In this document: positions 1 to 7,701 of the stretch, piece by piece | Layout: every line of letters begins with the position of its first letter | Numbering within the stretch: the stretch's first letter is position 1 | Origin: a virus | Lineage: Duplodnaviria; Caudoviricetes | Direction: 5' to 3' (one strand) | Virus record (IMG/VR): IMGVR_UViG_3300011338_000677 | Span: 1 to 26,525 of that record | Length of the DNA stretch: 26,525 nucleotides | Notes under the pieces: model-generated | What the model was told of the DNA's origin: nothing | The model's database searches: none | What the model saw: only the letters and a program-made list of their open reading frames with translations | Translations under genes and position numbers: made by a program

Positions 1-54
1 TCACTCAACATGGCCACCCTCCTCGGAGGCGGCGGCCGACCGCGAGGCCTATGA
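1..54 (+). CDS. 3' end of a gene entering from the left edge (possibly terminase large subunit, by position only)
   Basis: Frame 1 reads SLNMATLLGGGGRPRGL* and ends in an ATGA overlap (51-54) with the next ORF. Identity cannot be determined from 17 codons. Confidence 0.3.
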   Translation, partial: SLNMATLLGGGGRPRGL

Positions 55-221
55 CGATCATCCCCGACGCGATGGACGAGAGCGCCGTCGACAAGCCGCT
101 CCCCATCCCACGCCCGCTCCGCATCCCCGACGTGGAGCCAGCGCTCCAGGAGCGCCCTCCCGTCATCGTGGCACCTGCCGCCTACGAGATCATCCGCCGT
201 GCCATCGAGAGCCTCCCGTGA
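51..221 (+). CDS. Small proline-rich hypothetical protein (56 aa, MTIIPDAMDESAVDKPLP...IESLP)
   Basis: Translated by hand. GC3-rich codons, GGAGG upstream, ATGA overlap at the start and GTGA overlap at the end. Confidence 0.6.
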   Translation: MTIIPDAMDESAVDKPLPIPRPLRIPDVEPALQERPPVIVAPAAYEIIRRAIESLP

Positions 222-430
222 GTCTGACAGCCATCCGCAACCGGCCACCGCCGAGACCATCCCCGGTGAGATCCCCGGTGAGCATTGCCGAGTCCGACGA
301 GTCAGTGATGGACGGCTGGGACCTGGATACGGGCGACGACTTCTGCCCGGTGTGCGACGAGATGATGCGGTGCCGCACGCCGAGGTGGTGCGCCGCTCAG
401 ACGGCCGAGATCCTCGCGAGGTTCCGGTGA
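218..430 (+). CDS. Small Cys-containing hypothetical protein (possible Zn ribbon, CPVC...C...C)
   Basis: 70-aa ORF coupled by GTGA overlaps at both ends. Contains FCPVCDEMMRCRTPRWC. Confidence 0.55.
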   Translation: MSLTAIRNRPPPRPSPVRSPVSIAESDESVMDGWDLDTGDDFCPVCDEMMRCRTPRWCAAQTAEILARFR

Positions 431-612
431 GCCGCTGGTCCGATCTCCGCCACGGCATCGCCCTCGACTTCGCCGCGGTCTCCCGCCTCGGAGTCATCCC
501 GGCCCGCCTATGCATGTGCTGCGGCAACGCGACGTTGACCCCGGAGTCCCCCGATTGCGCGCTGTGTGCCGAGGACGACGAGCCTACTCGAAAGCGCTCT
601 CGTCGTCCGTGA
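427..612 (+). CDS. Small Zn-finger-like hypothetical protein (CMCC...CALC)
   Basis: GTG at 427 overlaps the upstream stop. Two Cys clusters and a basic C-terminus. Confidence 0.5.
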   Translation: MSRWSDLRHGIALDFAAVSRLGVIPARLCMCCGNATLTPESPDCALCAEDDEPTRKRSRRP

Positions 613-716
613 GCCCCCGACACTCGCAGCCCGTCCCTCCCTCCACACGCCAGCAGGCGCGCCCGAGCGGGACCTCCTTGGTGTACCGGCGCACCTTCGG
701 GTCGGAGCCGTCGTAG

Positions 717-1268
717 TGCCAGCCAGGCTCGCTGGTTGAACGCCTCGCGTTCGGTCGCCCGGCGGACTTTCGGAAACTGGTCAAGCGCCTGATCACGGTC
801 GGAACCCTGAATGATTCCGACTATATCGCCACCGTGGCGCGAGCAAAGAGCAAGACTCCGCTTGCGAATGCCGTCACGAGGCAGGTGGCCAGGGTCTTCA
901 TTGCCTACACCGAAGGTCGGCTTGCGCCGATCGCTCCAACACTCCCCGCGGTTCCGCTCGCCGAGGTGCACGGCTCACGCGTCGGCGAGACAACGACCGT
1001 TCGCGCCGAACTGGTCGCCTGGTGCAAACTCGCCGCGCGCTCCCTCGGCGTGACGATCCACCGAGTTCACGGCGCCATTCGTCGGCAGTACAAGGTCGCG
1101 AGCGCCTACCACCTGTCGCTCAACGTGTGGCCGATGGTGCGCGCCTTCCTCGAGTCTCTCGCAACGCAACGGCTCTTCTTGGATGCGCCGACTCGACCGG
1201 CGTTGCGGCTCATCGCAGGCGGCGCCCAGACGTCGATGCCGTGGGCTGTCGAAGTCGCCAATCGCTAG
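717..1268 (+). pseudogene. Degenerate phage antirepressor-like gene with ORF6C-like C-terminal domain (possibly still expressed from GTG 834)
   Basis: The frame of ORF 834..1268 is open back to a TAG at 714-716 and encodes LVERLAFGRPADFRKLVKR...ATVARAKSKTPLANAVTRQVARVFIAYTEG, resembling antirepressor N-termini. The C-terminal VHGAIRRQYKVASAYHLSLNVWPMVRAFLE resembles ORF6C. Confidence 0.55.
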
Positions 1269-1332
1269 CCGTCGCGCCATCCCGCCCACCGAATCACCCT
1301 CAGCATCGCGCCGAGCGCGACACGGAATACTC

Positions 1333-3372
1333 ATGTCCCGAGCCTCCAAGCGTCTCGCAGCCCAGACCCTCGCCCGCCCGTCGAAGAAGGCGAGCGACGT
1401 CAAGACTGCCGACAAGTTCCCGCTCGCCCAGATCCAGGCACTCGCCGCCCGCCCGAAGAACTCGCGCGCCCCGGTCGGCCTCTGGACTCTCGCCAACATC
1501 TTCGCCGCCCGCGACTGTCAGATGCGCGGGGACTTCGAGCGCGCGGCCCGCGTGGCCGAGGCAATGCGCACCTTCCCGCCGCTGCTCGTGGCCAGGAAGA
1601 ACCGACTCGAAGCGCAAAAGGGCATCGCGGTCGCAGTCGAGCCCGCGGCCGACACGGGCCGAGGCCGAGCGATTGCCGCCGAGGGAGCGCCGCTGTTTGG
1701 CGAGGACGGACTCGCGATCTCCTCGGCAACGGCCGCGGACATCGAGGGGTGTCTCGTCGACCACGGTCTCGCCGTCGGATACAACACGTGGATCCCACGC
1801 GAGGACGGAACGCGCACGGACGTGCTCCACGTCATGTGGCCGATCGAGTTCATCCGCCGCGACCCGCTGACCGGCGGGCTGCTCGCTCGTCTCCACGACT
1901 GGAGCGAAGTCCCGGTCACGCACGGTGACGGGCGGTGGGTGGTGTACTCCAAGCACGAGGACCACCCGGAGCGGCAAGACGGCGCAGTGCTCGCAGCGTG
2001 CCTCGTGTGGGCGACAGGGGCCTACGCGTGGCGCGACTGGAGCAAGGGCTCGGTGGCGCACGGCAACGCGAAGGTCATCGGCGAACTTCCGGCCGGCGTG
2101 GCGTTGCAGACCGAAAGCGGAGGGATGACCGACGAGGCGAGCGCGATGGTCGAGCTCCTCCGGTCGGTGGCATACGACGACACCCCGATCGGGCTCAAGC
2201 CGGCGGGCTCGAAGCTCGACTACATGGTCAACTCCTCCACGGCCTGGCAGGTGTGGGAGAAACTCGGGCAGATGGCCGAGAAGGCGGCGGCCCGAATCTA
2301 CCTCGGCACGGACGGCACCCTAGGCAGCCAAGGCGGCGCCCCCGGCGTCGACGTCGACGCGCTGTTCGGCGTGGCTCGCACGTACATCGAGGGCGACCTG
2401 CGGTGCATCGAACGGTGCTTCTACGCGGGCGTCATCGTGCCCTGGACGGCGATCAACTTCGGCGATTCTTCGATGGCGCCACACCGCGTGTACCAGATCC
2501 CGGACGTCGACCAGGACACGGCGACGGACGCGATGGCGAAGCGGCGTCAGGCGTTCTACGCCGACCTGGAGAAGCAGCGCGCGAACGGATTCCCGGTGAC
2601 CCAGGAGACCGTCGACAAGCTGGCGGCGGAGTACCGGGTCACGGCGCCGTTGCTTGCTGCGCCGGTCGAGGTGGAGCCCGTGGAAGGTGAACCTATCGAG
2701 GTCGCTCCGGCCGTTGTGGCGGCGCCTACGCCGGACGATGTGGCGAGGGCCGAGAGCGCGTTCCAGAAGGCGATCAAGGAGGCGAAGGATAACGGGTTCG
2801 TCATCGACCAGCCGTGGGTGGACGAGGCGGCGAAACGCTACGGCGTGGTGGTGCCGAAGCTTCCGCCGAGCGCGGAGAAGGCACCGACGATCGCTCTCGC
2901 ACCGACCGATGTCGTGGAGTGGATCAGCCCGAACGAAGTCCGGGCGGCGAGCGGCCTCGGGCCGATGCTCCAGGCGGACGGCACGCCGGACCCGGCCGGC
3001 AAGGTCCAGATCCGCATCATCCGGAAGAACGACAAGGCTGCGGAGGAAGCGGCCAAGGCGGCGGCGGAGATCGCGCAGACCGAGGCGGAGAAGGAGCCAG
3101 CGGTCGAGCCCGCCACGCCCGACGCTCCCGCGCCGGACCTCGCCACGCAAGCAGACGTGACGCAGGTGGCGGCCACCGCGCGAACGGCACACGCGCGAAT
3201 CGACGGACTCGGCGAGACGATGCTGACGAAGGCGGAGGGCGATGCGCTCCGCAGCGAGGTGACGAGCCTGCGCGTCGCGCTTGCCCACCGGGACACCAAC
3301 GTCGTGGACGAGTCGGTCCGCCGCGTCTTGGCCGAACTCGCCCGCACCCCCGGAGACCAGCAGGGCGAATGA
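1333..3372 (+). CDS. Portal protein, Mu gp29/DUF935-like, with long C-terminal extension
   Basis: ATG 1333 (MSRASKRL...). DUF935-like features: LLVARKNRL, GLAVGYNTW, WRDWSKGSVAHGNAKVIG, AAARIYLGTDGT, IVPWTAINFG. Position at the head of the structural operon. Confidence 0.85.
   Translation: MSRASKRLAAQTLARPSKKASDVKTADKFPLAQIQALAARPKNSRAPVGLWTLANIFAARDCQMRGDFERAARVAEAMRTFPPLLVARKNRLEAQKGIAVAVEPAADTGRGRAIAAEGAPLFGEDGLAISSATAADIEGCLVDHGLAVGYNTWIPREDGTRTDVLHVMWPIEFIRRDPLTGGLLARLHDWSEVPVTHGDGRWVVYSKHEDHPERQDGAVLAACLVWATGAYAWRDWSKGSVAHGNAKVIGELPAGVALQTESGGMTDEASAMVELLRSVAYDDTPIGLKPAGSKLDYMVNSSTAWQVWEKLGQMAEKAAARIYLGTDGTLGSQGGAPGVDVDALFGVARTYIEGDLRCIERCFYAGVIVPWTAINFGDSSMAPHRVYQIPDVDQDTATDAMAKRRQAFYADLEKQRANGFPVTQETVDKLAAEYRVTAPLLAAPVEVEPVEGEPIEVAPAVVAAPTPDDVARAESAFQKAIKEAKDNGFVIDQPWVDEAAKRYGVVVPKLPPSAEKAPTIALAPTDVVEWISPNEVRAASGLGPMLQADGTPDPAGKVQIRIIRKNDKAAEEAAKAAAEIAQTEAEKEPAVEPATPDAPAPDLATQADVTQVAATARTAHARIDGLGETMLTKAEGDALRSEVTSLRVALAHRDTNVVDESVRRVLAELARTPGDQQGE
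2530..2862 (+). repeat. Two 42-aa gapless protein repeats in the portal C-terminal region (2530-2655 and 2737-2862)
   Basis: AMAKRRQAFYADLEKQRANGFPVTQETVDKLAAEYRVTAPLL vs DVARAESAFQKAIKEAKDNGFVIDQPWVDEAAKRYGVVVPKL: 14/42 identical. Confidence 0.75.
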
Positions 3373-4133
3373 TGACTCCCTCGACAAAGGAGTGGCGCGA
3401 GGCCCGCGCCCAAGCCCTGCGGGTCATCATCCGGAAATACGCCGACATCGCGCACGAGGCGGACATGATCGTCGACGAGGCGATCGCTGAGTCCCTGCCT
3501 CGGTTCGAGCACGGGTCATTCGCGACGCTCGTGACAACGACGGCGGCACGCCGGGCGCTCAACCGACTCCGGGATCTCGCGACGGACCGAGAGGCGTACG
3601 ACGTCCTGAGGAGCGAGGCGGAGGAGGCATTCGAGACGACATCACTGGAGCACGAGCGCGAGCCGGAAGCGTCGGCCCCTGTCGTCACGCTGGAGCAAAC
3701 GAAGGCCGCCACCGTGGCCGAGTGCTGCCGTCGGCTAGCAAGAGCGATCGGGGCAGGGACGTCACTCGACCCGGCGCCGCCTCAGGACGCGACCCTGAAG
3801 TCGCTACACGACGCGGCCGAGCGAGCCGCGAAGATCGTCGCCCTCGTGGGCGACATGCCCGAGTTGGCAGTGGCGGTCCGACTGGACGACCTGAAGGCGC
3901 TCGCGAGCGTCACCGTCGAGTGGGAGCCGCAACGGCGCCGAACGCATCGGTACACGGACGAGCACGGGACCGAGCGCACCTACGGATCGACTTACGCCGA
4001 GTGCGCCGTCCTGGCGATCCTCGCGGGCAGTTGGCCGAGGGTGAGGGTCGGGGCACTGCCGTCAGAAGTGATTGACGATCGCGCCAGCGCGATACGTGTA
4101 GCCGCTCAAAGGGCAATCCGAACAACCGCGTAA
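3369..4133 (+). CDS. ECF/sigma-70-like protein (clear region 2, divergent region 4)
   Basis: ATGA-coupled to the portal. HEADMIVDEAIAESLPRFEHGSFATLVTTTAARRALNRLR fits the sigma region 2 pattern (AeD.vqE......f....sF.tw...iarnra.d.lR). GSTYAECAVL...ASAIRVAAQRAIR resembles region 4. Confidence 0.65.
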   Translation: MMTPSTKEWREARAQALRVIIRKYADIAHEADMIVDEAIAESLPRFEHGSFATLVTTTAARRALNRLRDLATDREAYDVLRSEAEEAFETTSLEHEREPEASAPVVTLEQTKAATVAECCRRLARAIGAGTSLDPAPPQDATLKSLHDAAERAAKIVALVGDMPELAVAVRLDDLKALASVTVEWEPQRRRTHRYTDEHGTERTYGSTYAECAVLAILAGSWPRVRVGALPSEVIDDRASAIRVAAQRAIRTTA

Positions 4134-4175
4134 GTCTGTTCGGAAACGTTTTGGGTTTGGCGGGTGAGAAACCCA
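4117..4175. promoter_or_regulatory. Intergenic inverted repeats: terminator/operator candidate before the protease gene
   Basis: TCCGAACA(4117-4124)/TGTTCGGA(4137-4144) followed by AACGTTTT. TGGGTTT(4152-4158)/AAACCCA(4169-4175). Locally AT-richer than the surroundings. Confidence 0.45.
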
Positions 4176-4176
4176 C

Positions 4177-5778
4177 TTGCCCAACCTCGCCACACATGCG
4201 CCGAGCACCATCCAGCGTCCGCCCCTCGTGGCGAGTCGTGGGACTGCGCGCGCATCGCTGGCAGTGGTCCTATCCAACGGCGAGCCTCCGACCGAGTTCC
4301 GAATCTTCGTCCCTGGACTGAACGAGTCCGAGGGTAAGGGCGCATTCGTCTTCGACGCTGAGGCCGCCGCATCCGTGCAGGCTGCCCGCGAGAAGTGGGG
4401 TGTCGAGGTCATGATTGACCTTGAACACCAGTCGCTGGACTACGGCCCTCAGCCCGACCCGAACGCCCGCGACGCGCGCGGATGGTGTCGTCTCGAGGTT
4501 CGTCCGGACGGCTCACTTTGGGCGACAAACGTGGAGTGGACCGAGGACGGCGCGGCTCGACTGAAGGCCAAGCGACAACGCTACATCTCGCCCGCCTTTG
4601 ACTACGACCGCGACTCCGGCCGCGTCACCGAGATCGTCAACATCGCGCTGGTCTCCATGCCTGCGACGCGAGGAACGCCCGCGCTTATGAGCAAACGAAA
4701 CAAGGCCCGAGACCTGCGAAAGCTGTCGGCGGGCCCGTCCTTCGGCGACATCAGCACGGCTGTCGGCGCCGCCCTCAACGAGCGCTTTCCGCGTGTCGAA
4801 GAGACTGACGAGTACGCGTGGGTCGTTGACCTCTTCGACACCACGGTCGTGTACCAGTTCAAGGGCGACCTCTTCGAGGTCTCCTATTCGTACGACGGTA
4901 AGACGGCAGTCCTCGGCAGCGACGCTGTGGAAGTCGCGCGCACGTATGCCCCTGTCGCTGCGCCCGCGCACGTCGCGGCTGCGCCGGTGGTGGCCAGTCA
5001 AGACCCCGCTCCTGAGGCCATGTCGGTCGAGGCGAGCGCTCAACTTTCCGCGGCATTCGCCGCGCTCGGAGGCAACAAGCCAATGGACCCCGCAATCATC
5101 GCTGCTGCTCTCGAGGCCCTCATCAAGGGCGACGCCAAGGCGTGCATGAAGATCCTCAAGGATCTCGTCATCGCCACTTCCAGCGGCGGCGCCGCGCCTG
5201 CCAAGGACCCCGACGCGGACACCGAGGATGCGCCTCCTCCGGTCGGCGACGGTGGTGCGGACGAGGACAAGGAAGCCCCGATGGCGGTCGCCTCGATCGC
5301 TGCCGCCTCCGCTCGCCTCATGCGCCTCACCGCGGCCAAGGACTTCGTGTCGGCGGTCGAGCAGGTCGAGGCATTCCGCACCTCTCACGTCGAGCTCGCC
5401 GCCGAGAAGGCTGCCATCGCGAAAGAGCGTGCGGTCCTCGACGCGGCCAAGCGCGTGAAGCTCGGCAAGGACCTCGTGAGCCTCGCCAACGAGCACCCTT
5501 CTCGGGTGTGGGCGGACGACAAGTGCGAGGCGCTGAAGGGGCCTCTCGCGAAGATGTCGATTGCCGATCTCGAGGAGTTCGTCTCCGACGCGATCAAGGC
5601 GAAGCCTGCGGCCCCCGCGCTCAAGCCCCCGGTGGCGAAGCTCGCAAAGGCGACAGCCTCCGACGAGGCCCTCGACGAGCACGGCCTGACGAAGGCCCAA
5701 CTCGCGATCTGCGCCGAGTACGGCACGGACCCCGCCACCTTCGCGGCGCTCCGCAAGCGCTCCAACCCCACCGCCTGA
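4177..5778 (+). CDS. Mu gpI-like prohead protease fused to scaffolding domain
   Basis: MIDLEHQS (catalytic His), ARGW, VEWTEDGAARLKAKRQRYISPAF (catalytic Ser), NIALVSMPA. Ala/Lys-rich coiled-coil C-half ending AQLAICAEYGTDPATF. Start codon uncertain (TTG 4177). Confidence 0.9.
   Translation: MPNLATHAPSTIQRPPLVASRGTARASLAVVLSNGEPPTEFRIFVPGLNESEGKGAFVFDAEAAASVQAAREKWGVEVMIDLEHQSLDYGPQPDPNARDARGWCRLEVRPDGSLWATNVEWTEDGAARLKAKRQRYISPAFDYDRDSGRVTEIVNIALVSMPATRGTPALMSKRNKARDLRKLSAGPSFGDISTAVGAALNERFPRVEETDEYAWVVDLFDTTVVYQFKGDLFEVSYSYDGKTAVLGSDAVEVARTYAPVAAPAHVAAAPVVASQDPAPEAMSVEASAQLSAAFAALGGNKPMDPAIIAAALEALIKGDAKACMKILKDLVIATSSGGAAPAKDPDADTEDAPPPVGDGGADEDKEAPMAVASIAAASARLMRLTAAKDFVSAVEQVEAFRTSHVELAAEKAAIAKERAVLDAAKRVKLGKDLVSLANEHPSRVWADDKCEALKGPLAKMSIADLEEFVSDAIKAKPAAPALKPPVAKLAKATASDEALDEHGLTKAQLAICAEYGTDPATFAALRKRSNPTA
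5083..5778 (+). CDS. Putative nested in-frame scaffolding protein (Mu gpZ-like internal start)
   Basis: GGAGG at 5068-5072, 10 nt before an in-frame ATG at 5083 (MDPAIIAAALEALIKG...), right after a low-complexity linker. Confidence 0.55.
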   Translation: MDPAIIAAALEALIKGDAKACMKILKDLVIATSSGGAAPAKDPDADTEDAPPPVGDGGADEDKEAPMAVASIAAASARLMRLTAAKDFVSAVEQVEAFRTSHVELAAEKAAIAKERAVLDAAKRVKLGKDLVSLANEHPSRVWADDKCEALKGPLAKMSIADLEEFVSDAIKAKPAAPALKPPVAKLAKATASDEALDEHGLTKAQLAICAEYGTDPATFAALRKRSNPTA

Positions 5779-5787
5779 GGATCTACA

Positions 5788-6519
5788 ATGGCAATCTCGA
5801 CTTCCAACCTCACGCTCTTTCCCTACGGCAAGGAGCCCCGCAAGCTGACCCTCCCGGTCGCCGCGTCGAAGCACATCTACGCCGGCACGATGGTGTCGCA
5901 GCTCAGCGCGACGGGCGGCATCGTCCCGACCTCGACTGCCAACTCTGACAAGTGCGTCGGCGTCGCGGAGCACGAGCAGGACAACTCGAGCGGCGCGCAC
6001 GGCGACCTCCGCGTGAGCCTGCTCACCGACTTCATCTCGCTCCAGGCGAACGACGGGACCAACCCGTTCACCGACGCCTCGGTCGTGGGCAGCATCGCGT
6101 ACGCGGTCGACGACCACACGGTCGGCTCCTCGCACGTCAGCGGCACGCTGAAGATTGCCGGTCTGTACATGGGCCTCGAGCCCGACAGCGGCGGCAAGGT
6201 CCGCGTGTTCCACACGGCCCAGCCGATCGCGTCCAGCTTCGGCGTGAACTCGCTCCAGGTCGTGACCGGCACTCTCGTCTCGGGTCTCTGCACCGTGACG
6301 GTCGGTGTCGGCCAGACGGTCACCGCGGTCACTCGCGCCATCCCCGCCATGCAGGCGGTCGTGACGGGTTCGGCGAACGTGGGGACTCTGACTCACATGT
6401 ACGCCAGCAACGTCGCGGGCGGCAACGGTGTCGGTCAGGTGCTCTTCCGGATGCTCGGCAACGACGGCGCGACTGACGTCGACGCGGCCGGCGCCTTCGT
6501 CGCGATCCTCATCAACTGA
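5788..6519 (+). CDS. Capsid cement/decoration protein with extra C-terminal beta domain
   Basis: GAGGA RBS. Lies between protease and MCP. LPVAASKHIYAGTMV...VGVAEHEQDNSSGAHGD...AYAVDDHTV matches Mu-like capsid cement proteins. Confidence 0.75.
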   Translation: MAISTSNLTLFPYGKEPRKLTLPVAASKHIYAGTMVSQLSATGGIVPTSTANSDKCVGVAEHEQDNSSGAHGDLRVSLLTDFISLQANDGTNPFTDASVVGSIAYAVDDHTVGSSHVSGTLKIAGLYMGLEPDSGGKVRVFHTAQPIASSFGVNSLQVVTGTLVSGLCTVTVGVGQTVTAVTRAIPAMQAVVTGSANVGTLTHMYASNVAGGNGVGQVLFRMLGNDGATDVDAAGAFVAILIN

Positions 6520-6640
6520 GTCCCTCGGGACTCCAAACCAAACTCGCGTTTCGCAACCCCATTTCGCGGCCCCTCGCGAGCGCCTGACCCTGACCGGGTG
6601 AGGCGCTTCCGAGGAGTCGGGAGAGTCATCAGATGACGAA
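6518..6640 (+). promoter_or_regulatory. Structured leader of the major capsid gene
   Basis: Hairpin GAGTCC-CTCG-GGACTC (6518-6533). Long hairpin 6572-6614 (CCTCG/CGAGG, AGCGCCT/AGGCGCT, ACCC/GGGT). Palindrome GTCATC-A-GATGAC (6625-6637) spanning the ATG. Confidence 0.6.
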
Positions 6641-7634
6641 TCCGCTCTATACGATCAGCACTCTCCCGGCGGACGACCAGGCCGCGCTCCGCGAGTTCAA
6701 CGACCGCTACGTCGCCGCCATCGGCGCCGCGCCGGCTCCGACCTGGGCCGACCTCGGGGATCTCTTCCCGAGCGCCTCGCCCATGGTGACCTTTCCGGTC
6801 AGCAACTTCGCGCTGAAGTACCAGCAAACCGAAGGCGAGAACCGCTTCAAGACCTTCCAGTCGAAGTCCTTCGACCTGAAGGCGCAGGAGTACGACACGG
6901 GCGCCGAAGGGCGTCTGATCGACATCCTCTCGCAGACGTTCGCGTACCGCGCGTGGCAGGAGGGTCCAAACCGGATGATGCTCGCGAAGGCCCGCCTTCG
7001 CAACAAGGCGATCGCCGCACTTCTCGAGTCGGGCGCCTCGACCCTCTGGGGCTCCGGCGCGGGCATCGACGCGCAGAACTTCTTCTCCGCGACGCACCTC
7101 TCCGACCTCGGCGACGCGTCCTCCTCGACCTGGAGCAACTACCAGTCGAGCGGCAAGGACGTCGTGTCGATCGCCAACATCCAGGCGGAAGTCACGATCA
7201 TGCAGGGCGTCCTCGACGAGAACGGCGACAAGCTCGGCGTCGACCCCGACACCATCCTCGTGCCGACTGCCAAGTTCGAGCCTCTCCGCAACCTGCTCGC
7301 GCAGAACCTGATGCTCGCGGGCGGCACGTCCACCAGCGTCACCAGCGCGGCTACGAGCAACCCGTACATCGGGCGCTTCAACGTGATCCACGTCCCCGAG
7401 CTCACGGACGTGAACGACTGGTATCTCGTCGACTCGAAGCTCCGCGCCTCGTGCGGCATGGTCCCCTTCGTGTCGCTCGAGTACACGACCCCGGATCCGC
7501 TGCTCGCTCTTCGGCAGTACGACCAGTCCAGCGACTACTTCAAGGACACGGGGCGCATCAAGGTGTCGAGCCATGTCTGGCAGGGGCACGCGCTCGCATT
7601 TCCGCAAACTATCAGGCTCGTGACTGGGGCGTAA
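6633..7634 (+). CDS. Major capsid protein, Mu gpT-like
   Basis: 333 aa. IDAQNFFSATH, MQGVLDENGDKLGVDPDTILVP, NPYIGRFNVIHVPELTDVNDWYLVD are characteristic of the Mu gpT family. Confidence 0.92.
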   Translation: MTNPLYTISTLPADDQAALREFNDRYVAAIGAAPAPTWADLGDLFPSASPMVTFPVSNFALKYQQTEGENRFKTFQSKSFDLKAQEYDTGAEGRLIDILSQTFAYRAWQEGPNRMMLAKARLRNKAIAALLESGASTLWGSGAGIDAQNFFSATHLSDLGDASSSTWSNYQSSGKDVVSIANIQAEVTIMQGVLDENGDKLGVDPDTILVPTAKFEPLRNLLAQNLMLAGGTSTSVTSAATSNPYIGRFNVIHVPELTDVNDWYLVDSKLRASCGMVPFVSLEYTTPDPLLALRQYDQSSDYFKDTGRIKVSSHVWQGHALAFPQTIRLVTGA

Positions 7635-7665
7635 GGCGCCATTAGGTCCAGACGACATCACCCCA

Positions 7666-7692
7666 GCCCCGCCTCCTAGTTGAGTGCGGGGC
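7666..7692 (+). terminator. GC-rich stem-loop after the MCP gene (terminator, attenuator or mRNA stabiliser)
   Basis: GCCCCGC-CTC-ctagtt-GAG-t-GCGGGGC. No U-tract follows. Confidence 0.4.
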
Positions 7693-7701
7693 GGCGGTCG
7701 T

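Noticed and set aside
714-716. Genome-wide TAG recoding suggested by the in-frame amber codon
   Set aside because: Structural genes are intact under the standard code, and TAG appears to terminate ORFs at 1268 and 25198.
2814-3368. 5' extensions in the ORF track (2814, 1183, 8258, 19723, 22454, 23165, 25317 starts)
   Set aside because: They overlap real upstream genes in another frame. Coupled or RBS-supported starts further downstream fit better.
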